Numbered from the stretch's first letter, positions 1 through 12,658 are shown. The stretch is DNA of 64,000 nucleotides from Octopus sinensis (GCF_006345805.1 NW_021833284.1:14515-78514); one strand, 5' to 3'. A program made the numbers and translations. Notes: a model not told the origin generated them from the sequence alone.

Positions 1-1909
1 GTCTGATCTGGCAATGTTTCTACGGCTGGATGCCCTTCCTAACGCCAACCACTCCATGAGTGTAGTGGGTGCTTTTTACATGCCAGACGGGGCTGGCAAA
101 CGGCCATGGTCGGATGGTGCTTTTTACGTGCCACCGGCACGGGGGCCAGGCAAGGCTGGCAAGTGCCATGTAAAAATCACTCAGTCCCCTCTGCAGGGTG
201 GTTGGTGTTAGGAAGGGCATCCAGCCATAAAAACCATGCCAAAACAGACACAGAAGCATGGCACGGGCTCCTGTCTGGCCAGCTGCTGTCAAACCGTCCA
301 ACCCTTGGCCGAGCATGGAAGGAGGATGTTAAAACGATGATGATGTTGGACTGATGCCCCCCATCTTCATGAGGTCTAGAGTTGGGCCCCCAGGGTAACA
401 CGAGACCGAGCACAAGGTCCCTGTATAACACATGAATTGTGAAGGACCCAGTTATACTGCGTGAGATCTGGGAAGGGAATTAATTGAAGGAGAGAAAGAA
501 AGGGGACAGAAAGCAAGGGGTTTAGGGAAAGGGGAGAGGGCTGAAAAAGACAGATGCAGCCAAAGGAGAGATAGAGAGTTGTAAAATTAAAGACACACAA
601 AACTTATCATCATCATCATCATCGTTTAACGTCCGCTTTCCATGCTAGCATGGGTTGGACGGTTCGACCGGGGTTCTGGGAAGCCAGAAGGCTGCACCAG
701 GCTCCAGTCTAATCTGGCAATGTTTCTACAGCTAGATGCCCTTCCTAACGCCAACCACTCCGTGAGTGTAGTGGGTGCTTTTTACGTGCCACCTGCACAG
801 GTGCCAGGCGAGGCTGGCAACGGCCACGGTCGGATTGGTGTATTTTATGTGCCACCGGCACGGAAGCCAGTTGAGGCGGTGCTGGCATCGGCCACATCGG
901 ACGTTAAACGATGATGATGATGATGATGATGATAAGTTTTGTGTCTTTAATTTTACAACTCTCTATCTCTCCTTTGGCTGCATCTGTCTTTTTCAGCCCT
1001 CTCCCCTTTCCCTAAACCCCTTGCTTTCTGTCCCCTTTTTTTCTCTCTCTCTCTCTCTTTCCATCGCCACAGCCAGTCTCCCATCACCATTTAACAGCTG
1101 TTCCTTCCCTCCATCCCTCCATCTCTGGCACCAGTTTCAGTGGAAGTTACCAAATTCATACACATACAGACACACACACACATGCATACTGGCGCAGTGG
1201 CACACGCGCACACAAATATACCGACACAGTGGCACACACACATGTATGCACTGACACATACAGATCCACCAGAAACACATGCCCCCAGATGCAAACATGC
1301 GGGGATAAAGGGACATGAAAGAGAAAGGAGAACAGGAGCCCTATATTAGGGGCTCACCTGATGATAGTATCAGGGTGCACAGTAACCTTGTCCCCTGCCC
1401 TTCTGGGGACGGAAATCAAAGAGAAAAAGATCAGAGCCGACGGGGGGGGGGAGTGGGTAGAGGTGTTGATACCACTGTTTACCATTATAATCTCAAGGTA
1501 CCTCCCCCCCCCCTTATGTAAGGTACACCGCCACCACCCTAGTCCATTTCAGCAGCAGCAGCAGCAGTGGTTGATAAGGGGACGGGGGGGGCTGATTGGT
1601 AAAAGGCGCCAAAATTAACACCAGATACCAGTACCAGTGAGGGGAGGGGCAGGGCTTTAGTACACCAACCTCCACAACCATCAACACCCCCTCTGCTAGC
1701 TCCACTATGACCAACTGCCTGGCACCCCCACCCTGTTACTATCACTAGTGCCATGTTGCACCAACCTCCACCAAACCCCTACACTAGCTCCCTGGTATGG
1801 AGACCACTTTGAACACTACCGAAGGCTCCCTGGTACTGCAGCCTTCAACTTCTCCGCCATCACCACCACCGACTCCATTACTGCATCACCTCAGCATCCC
1901 CACTTACCA

Positions 1910-2690
1910 TCATCATCATCATCGTAGCTATGAACACTATCATCATCATCATCATCGGAACTGCTATCACTACCAGTACCAACATCACCGCCACAATCAC
2001 CTTCACCTCTACTATCTCCTCTGCCACCGCCATCACCCCCTCTGCCACTATCGCCCCCACCACTGCTGCCACCATCATCACCGCCTCCACCACTATCATC
2101 ACCACCTCCACCACCATCATCACCAATTCCACTACTGTCACCACCTCCACCACCATCATCAACGCCTCCACCACCACCATCACCACCTCTGCCACCGTCA
2201 TCACCACCTCCACCATCATAACCCGCTCCGCCACCACCACCTCTGCCACCATCCCCACCTCCGCCATCACCTCCACCACCATCATCACCGCCACCACTGT
2301 CACCACCTCCACCATCATAACCCGCTCCGCCACCACCACCTCTGCCACCATCCCCACCTCCGCCATCACCTCCACCACCATCATCACCGCCACCACTGTC
2401 ACCACCTCCACCATCATAACCCCCTCCGCCACCGCCACCTCTGCCACCATCCCCACCTCCGCCATCACCTCCACCACCACCTCCACCACCATCATCACCG
2501 CCACCACTGTCACCACCTCCACCATCATAACCCCCTCCGCCACCACCACCTCTGCCACCATCCCCACCTCCGCCATCACCTCCACCACCATCATCACCGC
2601 CACCACTGTCACCACCTCCACCATCATAACCCCCTCCGCCACCGCCACCTCTGCCACCATCCCCACCTCCGCCATCACCTCCACCACCAT
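1910..2690. repeat. ACC/ATC-rich compound repeat with ~99-bp higher-order units
   Basis: The unit accaccatcatcaccgccaccactgtcaccacctccaccatcataacc... is repeated about 5x. Confidence 0.85.
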
Positions 2691-3057
2691 CTCACTGTCT
2701 GTAGGTAAACCCTCACTAGAGACAGACTCTCTGGAAGCAGGTCATGCATGAGATTGAAGGAAATGAAGAAGAAGAAGAAGCAGCTCCCATCTTGAGGAAG
2801 TGAGGAGGATGAGTGGATGGGGGGAAGAGAGAGAGGAGAGATGGGGGGGCTGAACACCATGTGACATGTGTGTAGAACATATGTTGTAGGGATTGGGTCT
2901 GCAGGAGGGACTGTCGGCAGTGGTGGTGGTGGTGGAGGCAGTGGTGGTGGTGGAGGCAGTGGTGGTGGTGGAGGCAGCGGTGGTGGTGGTCTTGGTGTTG
3001 TGATCTCTTGTTTTTCAACAGACCCCCCTCTTCACTTAGCCACTTTTCTCTCTTTCC

Positions 3058-3104
<47 letters not shown>

Positions 3105-3186
3105 CCTCCAGTCTGTTGATGGGGGAGAGAGAGTGAATCTTTCCTACACCTCTTCACACCCCACCCTCAGCCTCCCTCTATATTGG

Positions 3187-3508
3187 CACCACCATCATCA
3201 CCATCACCATCATCATCACGACCACCATCTTCATCACCACCACCATCATCACCAGCACCACCATCATCATCACCATCATCACCATCACCACCACCACCAC
3301 CATCACCACCATCATCATCATCACCATCACCACCATCAGCACCAGCACCATCATCATCACCATCACCACCACCACCATCATCACCACCATCATCACCATC
3401 ACCACCATCACCAGCACCACCATCATCACCACCACCATCACCAGCACCACCATCAGCACCATCACCAGCACCACCATCATCACCACCATCAGCACCAGCA
3501 TCATCATT
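3187..3508. repeat. (CAC/CAT)n microsatellite
   Basis: Seen directly in the sequence. Confidence 0.95.
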
Positions 3509-4074
3509 AGACAGACAGAGAGAGAGAGAGAAAGAGTTAGGGGTGTTTGTGACAGAAAGAGAAAGAATCTGGGGTGTGAGAGAGAGAGATGGGAATGATT
3601 ATTCTTATCTGAGTTTTAGACTTTCCAATATAGATTTATCGTCTTGGGAAATGTAAACAGATTTAACAGTTTCTTCAGCTGTTCATTGTGTGTTCTGTTC
3701 GGCTGTTTCTGTTCTACAGGGAATATATACATTACATACATACATATGTGTGTGTATGTGTATATATATATGTAGACGCCATGATAGATTTTTAGCCACT
3801 ACACACATTTTTCTCTCCTTGTTTTTTCTCTGTGTTCCTTTCTGTAGAAGAGCATAGGCTCGAAACGTAAAAGACTTTTTCTATTCCTGAGCGTTATACT
3901 AATACATCTGTTTGTTTTGTACACCACCCGTCTTTGTCTTTTGTTTTTTTTTTCGTAAACTCTCCCTATATATATATATGATTGATTGATTGATTCTAGT
4001 TTCAGCTTATGAGCTGTGGCCATGCTGGGGCACCGCCATTTGGTGTTGCTACTTGGTTTCACTTCACGAAAGCT

Positions 4075-4345
4075 TTCTAGCAACTGCCATTTGGTGCATG
4101 AGAGAGTTTGATGCGCTGCCCTCATCTGCCCCTCCTGCCGTGAAGTTGGTTCATCTGGACACCTGACAGGAAGAGATCCGCTTCATTTTAAAGACATCTG
4201 CATCCACCCCATGCAGGTCTCCAGGTTCTTCGGGAGGATATTGAAGAGCTGTGGGCCTCGGAAGCCCAGGCTATCACAGAATCTTGTCCTACATCTTGAT
4301 GGCAAGTTTGGAGTCCTAGGCACCACGCAGTGGCGCCCAGTTCTG
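4075..4345 (-). mobile_element. Degenerate CR1/L2-like LINE C-terminal fragment
   Basis: The minus strand reads SLGFRGPQLFNILPKNL...PDEP, resembling GP.LFN.LP...PDEP termini. Confidence 0.55.
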
Positions 4346-5094
4346 GCATTTGCGTAACTCTCGATGCCAAAGTTCAGGATATATACATATCACAGGATTT
4401 CAGCTCAAACTGCAAATCAAATAAGATCACATGATCTTGGCTCAAATCTCAAGTCTGCTAAGATCACGGGTTCTCGGCTCAAACTGCATATCAAAGATCT
4501 CGGCTCAAATTACGTATTTCATGATCTCAATTCAAATCAGCTGTCACACAAGATTACATGATCTCGGCTCAAATCACATAAACCCCTCATGTGTGTGTTG
4601 TGTGTATCTGCTTGTGTTCTCTTTAAAAGTAAGTAAATGCTTGGCAGATCTGCTTGAGAGATCATAGATAGGCAAGCCCCAATATGCTAATTGATCCATA
4701 ACTTTCTAGTCTATGACCATCTTCAATCCAGGTCATGACAACTGGAGATTGAGACAGATGCAGTGGATGACCAAGATGTCTTACTTTCTTCATCTTGCTC
4801 TCTGCATCCCACAATGCATTGCTGCTTCCATCTTCCCTTTCTGTTGAACTATAAAGGTTTCTTCTGCAGAATCTACCAGACGCAGTCTTTACATATACAG
4901 ATATGCTAATCAACCCATAGCTTTCTAGTGTATGACCATTTTCAATCCAGTAACAAGACCAGGTCAATAGTTGAGAGACAAGCTTATTGTTATTCTCTTT
5001 AATTTTTTTGTGATTCTGTCCATTAGTTTGCCTAGCAAATACAATAGTTGTGAGATCGGCCTATTATTTTTATTCTAGAATATCACCATTCTAC

Positions 5095-6975
5095 AGGTCA
5101 AGGTGAGGCTGACATTAAAACACGAATCGACCTCGCTCACCAAGCCTTCAACCAACTCAGTGCATGACTCTGGTCAAGATCTGAAATCCAACGCACCACC
5201 ACAGTATGGATCTACCAAGCACTAGTGTGAACGGTTCTCCTTTACAGCAGTGAGTCATGGCTGATGAGGTTGGAAGATATTAAGCGACTAGAATCCTTCG
5301 ATCACCTCTGTCTACGCCGCATCCTTCGTGTCCGATGGCATCACTTTGTCCCCAACAATTCAGGGCAACACCAGTGCAGAATCACCTCCCTCCGACAAGT
5401 CATCCTAACGAGACGTCTGCATTGGCTGGGTCATGCCCTCTGTCGTCAACCAGGAGAATTCATCCACGAAGCAATTGCCCCAGCTCCCCTTCAGGGTTGG
5501 CGAAAGCGATGTGGTGGACAACGAAAAACCTGGCTGATGACAGTCAAGGCTGATCTGGAACCCAACCTACGAAGCAATTGCCCCAGCTCCCCTTCAGGGT
5601 TGGCGAAAGCGATGTGGTGGACAACGAAAAACCTGGCTGATGACAGTCAAGGCTGATCTGGAACCCAACCTACGAAGCAATTGCCCCAGCTCCCCTTCAG
5701 GGTTGGCAAAAGCGATGTGATGGACAACGAAAAACCTGGCTGATGACAGTCAAGGCTGATCTGGAACCCAACCTACGAAGCAATTGCCCCAGCTCCCCTT
5801 CAGGGTTGGCAAAAGCGATGTGATGGACAACGAAAAACCTGGCTGATGACAGTCAAGGCTGATCTGGAACCCAACCTACAAAGCAATTGCCCCAGCTCCC
5901 CTTCAGGGTTGGCGAAAGCGATGTGGTGGACAACGAAAAAACCTGGCTGATGACAGTCAAGGCTGATCTGGAACCCAACCTACAAAGCAATTGCCCCAGC
6001 TCCCCTTCAGGGTTGGCGAAAGCGATGTGGTGGACAACGAAAAAACCTGGCTGATGACAGTCAAGGCTGATCTGGAACCCAACCTACAAAGCAATTGCCC
6101 CAGCTCCCCTTCAGGGTTGGCGAAAGCGATGTGGTGGACAACGAAAAAACCTGGCTGATGACAGTCAAGGCTGATCTGGAACCCAACCTACAAAGCAATT
6201 GCCCCAGCTCCCCTTCAGGGCTGGCGAAAGCGATGTGGTGGACAACGAAAAAACCTGGCTGATGACAGTCAAGGCTGATCTGAAACCCAACCTACGAAGC
6301 AATTGCCCCAGCTCCCCTTCAGGGCTGGCGAAAGCGATGTGGTGGACAACGAAAAACCTGGCTGATGACAGTCAAGGCTGATCTGAAACCCAACCTACAA
6401 AGCAATTGCCCCAGCTCCCCTTCAGGGCTGGCGAAAGCGATGTGGTGGACAACGAAAAAACCTGGCTGATGACAGTCAAGGCTGATCTGGAACCCAACCT
6501 ACGAAGCAATTGCCCCAGCTCCCCTTCAGGGTTGGTGAAAGCGATGTGGTGGACAACGAAAAACCTGGCTGATGACAGTCAAGGCTGATCTGGAACCCAA
6601 CCTACGAAGCAATTGCCCCAGCTCCCCTTCAGGGTTGGCGAAAGCGATGTGGTGGACAACGATAAACCTGGCTGATGACAGTCAAGGCTGATCTGGAACC
6701 CAACCTACGAAGCAATTGCCCCAGCTCCCCTTCAGGGTTGGCGAAAGCGATGTGGTGGACAAGGAAAAACCTGGCTGATGACAGTCAAGGCTGATCTGGA
6801 ACCCAAACTAGGACCCCATATCTACAGCGTTCACCACTGGAATAAGGAGTGGTTGATCACGCGGTCGTTAGCCTCAAATCGCCAGGCCTGGTCGGCGTTT
6901 GTGAGAGATGCAGTATTGAGGATGAATGAAGCCAGCTCAATCCACCCCGGGTGGATGCTGTAAGGAGAAGAAGAA
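5095..6975 (+). mobile_element. Degenerate RTE-clade LINE 3' portion with an internal 103-bp x13 array
   Basis: Reads TRIDLAHQAFNQL...LESFDHLCLRRILRVRWH...RRLHWLGHALCR...GGQRKTW, with stop codons. Ends in a short (AAG)n tail. Confidence 0.85.
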
Positions 6976-7263
6976 GATTATTCTTATTCTCCTGAATTTT
7001 TTTGTCAGTCTATCCATTAGTTTGCTTGTTATCATTACTCTTGAGCTGCATGTGTAGTTACTTATATTTTTGCTCAGGAGCCCACAAGGGATCTGGTGTG
7101 AAAGGGCTTAAGACACCAGAACTCCTGAAGCAGGGCGCCACATCCAAGTGCAATTCAAAATCATACCCAGGACATCTACCGACACATACCCCTATACCCC
7201 TGTCTAAAAGTACCCCTATACCGCCATGCACATACTTCAATGTCAACAACTTATTTCTTCCAG

Positions 7264-7413
7264 TGAACGCTACAAACTGCCACCCATTTCCAGCTGTTCC
7301 ACCCAGAATTCCTCTGATGCCTTTGGATCCCCACTCAAGGAACTGTCCAAGGAACCCTTTGATCATCAATTGGCCAAAATATTACAGAGGTCAGCAAGTA
7401 CCCCACTCTTAAA
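7264..7413 (+). CDS. NUP88: Nucleoporin Nup88, internal coding exon (first one recognisable in the window)
   Basis: Acceptor ttatttcttccag|, donor |gtaagc. Reads ERYKLPPISSCSTQNSSDAFGSPLKELSKEPFDHQLAKILQRSASTPLLK, which resembles the vertebrate Nup88 segment SPLRVLAE...FEKHIRSILQRS..NP.FLK as recalled. The phase-2 end joins the 8786 exon in frame. The 5' boundary is less certain than the 3' boundary. Confidence 0.82.
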
Positions 7414-8081
7414 GTAAGCCCCTTTTTTACCTTATTTTCTGAGGTTTTGTTGGGTTTTTTTTCTTTTTTTTATAAAATTAAACTGTGTGTGTGTGTGTGT
7501 GCATGTGTGTATAAATATACATGTGTATATTTAACATTAAAGGCATGAAATTGTAATGATCTCTTGGGCATTGACCGATGAGGAATGAGCTACAAATGTT
7601 CAGTTTATGCTTCTATAATATTTCCGTTCATTGTCTTTGAAATATATATATATATGTGTGTGTATGATGTTGTTGTTGTATATATATATATATATTCTTT
7701 TATTCTTTTAGTCATTTGATTGCGGCCATGCTGCAGCACCACCTTTAGTCGAGCAAATCGACCCCAGGACTTATTCTTTGTAAGCCCAGTACTTATTCTA
7801 TCGGTCTCTTTTGCCGAACCGCTAAGTAACGGGGACATAAACACACCAGCATCGGTTGTCAAGCAATGCTAGGGGGACAAACACACACACACATATATAT
7901 GACGGGCTTCTTTCAGTTTCCGTCTACCAAATCCACTCACAAGGCTTTGGTCGGCCCGAGGCTATAGTAGAAGACACTTGCCCAAGGTGCCACCCAGTGG
8001 GACTGAACCCGGAACCATGTGGTTGGTAAACAAGCTACTTACCACACAGCCACTCCTGCACCTATACATATATATATATAT

Positions 8082-8294
8082 ATCAAAATAAGCAACAAGG
8101 ATATCCAAGGTAGAGTGATACAATTGTTTCATGCTACTTCATTTTATTAAACACTGTAAGTATTACATCAGTTTTAAAATGTCGAGCAATCTTCAGCCAC
8201 ATACAGAATTTTTCAATTAAACGGACACTGCACATTCTTATACTTATTTCAATTGTACTACTCTACCTTGGATATCCTTGTTGCTTATTTTGAT
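8082..8294. mobile_element. MITE-like element with 45-bp inverted termini
   Basis: Arms at 8082-8126 and 8250-8294 are reverse complements apart from 2 nt. It sits next to (TA)n. Confidence 0.7.
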
Positions 8295-8420
8295 TATAAT
8301 CACCCCATTTGATTTATATGGATTGTACCATAAAAAATTCTGGTGCCTTTAACTTAAGTACCATATTCATCTGAATCTAAATTTTGCTGAACTTATATAT
8401 ATATATGTATGTATATGTAA

Positions 8421-8713
8421 CTAGTAGTATCGCCCAGCGTTGCTCGGGTTTGTAAGGGAAATAACTATATAAGCATTTTTAGAGAGTTACTTCCCTTATA
8501 TAGACCGAGCAAAAAATGCGGAAAAATGATGGTAAATTTTTTTTAAATCATAGACTCATCGTATACGTGCGCTAATACCCAGAAGGGCTTGATATGAATC
8601 ACGACCATAAGATACCCGCTTTTGGTTAAACTGCACTGCAAAATGTGGGAGTAGTTAGGAATCTAAATCGGAGTAGACAGACACACACACAACTTCAGTT
8701 TTATATATAAAGA
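8421..8713 (-). mobile_element. Non-autonomous Helitron, family 1
   Basis: On the minus strand: A|TC start, subterminal CCCGAGCAACGC(C/T)GGG hairpin, CTAG|T end, no target-site duplication. Confidence 0.8.
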
Positions 8714-8785
8714 TATACACACCCTTTGTAATGAAGCAGCCAGATATCAGTAATAATGTCCTGTGCTGGTTGGCTTTTTTTGCAG

Positions 8786-8908
8786 AAGCGGAAAGAGTGC
8801 AGACATTAGCCAGGAGGAATGCTACATGCTGCTGATCCGAAGTACCAAAGTCTTCCGTGAACAGTACATCCAGAAGCAGGATTTGGCCATCGAGGAAATC
8901 AAACGAAG
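8786..8908 (+). CDS. NUP88: Nup88 coding exon
   Basis: ttttttgcag| ... |gtaatg, 123 nt. SGKSADISQEECYMLLIRSTKVFREQYIQKQDLAIEEIKR matches the Nup88 motif EEC.[28 protein letters not shown]. Confidence 0.95.
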
Positions 8909-10464
8909 GTAATGTATAACAAACGCACATGCACGGACAAGCCCTCACCCCACGCTCATGCATGTACACCTATACACATGAAAGAAAGACAGTTATCTAC
9001 ATTCTTACTCTTTTACTTGTTTCAGTCATTTGACTGCAGCCATGCTGGAGCACAGCCTTCAATCGAGCAACTCGACCCCGGGACTTGTTCTTTTGTAAGC
9101 CCAGTACTTATTCTATCGGTCTCTTTTACCGAACCGCTAAGTAATGGGGACATAAACACAGTAGGAAGCCCCTCTTCACTACCAGGCATAAATTCTTTTC
9201 TTTTCTTTTACTTGTTTCAGTCATTTGACTGCGGCCATGCTGGAGCACCGCCTTTAGTCGAGCAACTCGACCCCGGGACTTATTCTTTTGTAAGCCCAGT
9301 ACTTATTCTATCGGTCTCTTTTTGCCGAACCGCTAAGTAACGGGGACGTAAACACACCAGCATCGGTTGTCAAGCAATGCTAGGGGGACAAACACACTCA
9401 CACAAACACACACATGCATACATATATGTACATATATACGACAGGCTTCTTTCAGTTTCCGTCTACCAAATCCACTCACAAGACTTTGGTCGGCCCGGGG
9501 CTATAGTAGAAGACACTTGGCCAAGGTGCCATGCAGTGGGACTGAACCCGGAACCATATGGTTGGTAAGCAAGCTACTTACCACACAGCCACTCCTGTGC
9601 ATATACACAAAATTAAACCAGTCTATATTATCTTTTTACTTGTGTCAGTCATTAGCCAATGGCCATGCTGGGGCACTGCCTTGAAGAATTCCCTCTTTTT
9701 AGCTGAATGAATTGATCCCAGTATTTTTTTTTTTAAGCCTGGTATTTATTCTATCGTGGAGGCAAAATGGCCCAGTGATTAGGGCAGCGGACTCGCAGTC
9801 AGAGGATTGTGGTTTCAATTCCCAGACTGGGCGTTGTGTTTGTTTATTGAGCGAAAACACCTAAAAGCTCCATGGGGTTCCACCAGGGGGTAGTGGCGAC
9901 CCCCATTGCACTCTTTCGTCCCAACTTTCTCTCACTCTCTCTTCCTGTTTCTTGAGAAACGCTGCGATGGACTGGCGTCCTGTCCATCTGGGGGGGGGGG
10001 ACACATACGCCACAGAAACCGAGAAACCAGGCCCATGAGCCTGGCTAGGATTGAAAAGGGGGCGTAAATAAATAAATAAATAAATTTATTCTATCAGAAT
10101 TTTTTGCCAAACCTCTAAGTTACTAGGGACATAAACACACCAACACCGGTTGCCATGCAGTGGTGGGTTACTAACACATGCACAAAGACATATACCCACA
10201 CACATACACACATATTTATGCTGGGCTTCCTTCACCAACACCAACACCACTGTATTCTCCACTACCACCACCACCATCACCAACACCAACACCACTGTAT
10301 TCTCCACTACCACCACCACCATCACCAACACCAACACCACTGTATTCTCCACCACCACCAACACCAACACCACTGTATTCTCCACTACCACCACCACCAT
10401 CACCAACACCACTGTATTCTCCACTACCACCACCACCATCACCAACACCAGTGATATATCCTGA

Positions 10465-10500
<36 letters not shown>

Positions 10501-10508
10501 ATTTTTAG

Positions 10509-10655
10509 GATGAATATTTTAATGGCCCAGAAAGGTTACCAAATGTCGGAACTGAAGGAAATGGCTCAAAGTCAGTCGACGCTGAAGGACTTCAGTCAAG
10601 CTCTGGCAGAGAAATATGAATCGAGCAAAGAGAAACAGGACAGTCTTCTGAAGAG
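10509..10655 (+). CDS. NUP88: Nup88 coding exon (coiled coil)
   Basis: atttttag| ... |gtgggc, 147 nt, phase 2-2. MNILMAQKGYQMSELKEMAQSQSTLKDFSQALAEKYESSKEKQDSLLKR, compare LADKYEEAKEKQEDIMNR. Confidence 0.93.
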
Positions 10656-11544
10656 GTGGGCGTGGCATTCTGCTTGTGTATTTATATGACTATTGGTAGT
10701 TGGGCAGCTTGGAAACTTCGATAATAATTTCATTTATCGGGCACGATGACGAGCGTAAATTCACTGCTGGAGGACCGAAGCGCAAACGCAGAACTTGTTG
10801 TAATTGATCTGAAGATCTTTTGAATTATGATGCATTTTCGCTGGAGACCGTTACTTTTGTACCTCCTGTACTAATGCTTATGCATGTAAAGTATCTGCTT
10901 GGCCGTTGCTAGCGCCGCCCTGACAGGCCTCCGTGCCGGTGGCACATAAAATGCACCATCCGATTGTGACCGTTGCCAGCCTTGTCTGGCCCCGTGCCGG
11001 TGGCGCATAAAAGGCACCATCCAATCGTGGCCATTTGCCAGCCTCGTCTGGCAACTGTGCAGGTGGCACATAAAAAGCACCCACTACACTCATGGAGTGG
11101 TTGGCGTTAGGAAAGGCATCCAGCCGTAGAAACACTGCCAGATCAGACTGGGCCTGGCGCAGCCTTCTGGCTTCCCAGACCCCAGTTGAACCGTCCAACC
11201 CGTGCTAGCATGGAAAGCAGACACTAGACGATGATGATAATGATGTCATTGGCCTACTGCTAGTCTCATGACTTGGACGTAACCTAAAATAGCTGAGATA
11301 ATGCACGGAACGGCAAGCGCACGCACCTCAAGAGATAAAGTACACGATAGCGAACGTAAACATACGTCAGCCGCTAAAAAGTCCGTGATAGATGTAGGGC
11401 AGCTCTACATCGTATATTTACGTTAACCGCGGGTAGGCAAGCAAAAGTGTGCTCGCATATTTGGGCCAACCGTTGTCAAGGGGTTAATAACATATACCCT
11501 ATCTACCCTGCTGTACAATAAAAACCACTAAATAATAATAATAA

Positions 11545-12658
11545 TATAATAATGAAATTATTGTATACAGTGCTCAGGTGCACCACAACTTGTCAGAAAG
11601 TGCATATAAAGTATATGCAGTAATGTAGAAATGTCTGGAAAGCGAACAGTGTATGAGTCAGATACATGCTTGCGTGTGTATGGAGGGAAGAAAATCAGGT
11701 GTAGTGTTGGCGAATCTCTCAGGAAGCATGGAAGTTTTGAAGGATGCAGTGCTCCGACAACTAACAATTGATGCCGGCAGTTTGTTCCATGCTTCAGCGT
11801 GTGTATGGAGGGGAGAAAATCAGGTGTAGTGTTGGCGAATCTCAGGAAGCATGGAAGTTTTGAAGGATGCAGTGCTCCGACAACTAACAACTGATGCCGG
11901 CAGTTTGTTCCATGCTTCAGCGTGTGTATGGAGGGGAGAAAATCAGGTGTAGTGTTGGCGAATCTCAGGAAGCATGGAAGTTTTGAAGGATGCAGTGCTC
12001 CGACAACTAACAACTGACGCAGACAGTTTGTTCCATGCTTCAGCGTGTGTATGGAGGGGAGAAAATCAGGTGTAGTGTTGGCGAATCTCAGGAAGCATGG
12101 AAGTTTTGAAGGATGCAGTGCTCCGACACCTAACAACTGATGCTGGCAGTTTGTTCCATGCTTCAGCGTGTGTATGGAGGGGAGAAAATCAGGTGTAGTG
12201 TTGGCGAATCTCAGGAAGCATGGAAGTTTTGAAGGATGCAGTGCTCCAACAACTAACAACTGATGCCGGCAGTTTGTTCCATGCTTCAGAGTGTGTATGG
12301 AGTGGAGAAAATCAGGTGTAGTGTTGGCGAATCTCAGGAAGCATGGAAGTTTTGAAGGATGCAGTGCTCCGACAACTAACAACTGACGCAGACAGTTTGT
12401 TCCATGCTTCAGCGTGTGTATGGAGGGGAGAAAATCAGGTGTAGTGTTGGCGAATCTCAGGAAGCATGGAAGTTTTGAAGGATGCAGTGCTCCGACAACT
12501 AACAACTGATGCCGGCAGTTTGTTCCATGCTTCAGCGTGTGTATGGAGGGGAGAAAATCAGGTGTAGTGTTGGCGAATCTCAGGAAGCATGGAAGTTTTG
12601 AAGGATGCAGTGCTCCGACAAATAACAACTGATGCTGGCAGTTTGTTCCATGCTTCAG
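11545..12658 (-). mobile_element. CR1/L2-type LINE 3' end with a 123-bp x8 tandem array
   Basis: The minus strand reads EAWNKLPASVVSCRSTASFKTSMLPEIRQHYT-stop, then a 3' UTR ending in (ATT)n. The WNKLP..VV...S...FK motif is typical of CR1/L2 C-termini. Confidence 0.75.

Noticed and set aside
2705-2740. Possible 36-nt NUP88 exon (KPSLETDSLEA), and a donor-like gtaagt at 4629
   Set aside because: Splice-like signals are present, but there is no recognisable Nup88 similarity and no supported partner exon.
3838-3890. Hammerhead-like string CTGTAGAA-GAGCATAGGCTC-GAAAC
   Set aside because: Stem II and GAAAC are present, but the CUGANGA core is altered, stem III lacks the C-G pair and no stem I can be formed.
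5530-5560. CTGATGA in each 103-bp unit as a retrozyme core
   Set aside because: It is followed by C rather than a purine, no correctly placed GAAA closes stem II, and the sequence is LINE coding sequence.
9757-9830. tRNA genes at SINE heads (also 23180-23253, 39573-39650 and others)
   Set aside because: A/B boxes are present, but there is no complete cloverleaf and each continues into a SINE body.
10743-10812. Possible intronic C/D snoRNA (cgatga ... ctga)
   Set aside because: The C box is non-canonical, there is no convincing terminal stem, and I could not identify an rRNA guide without a search.
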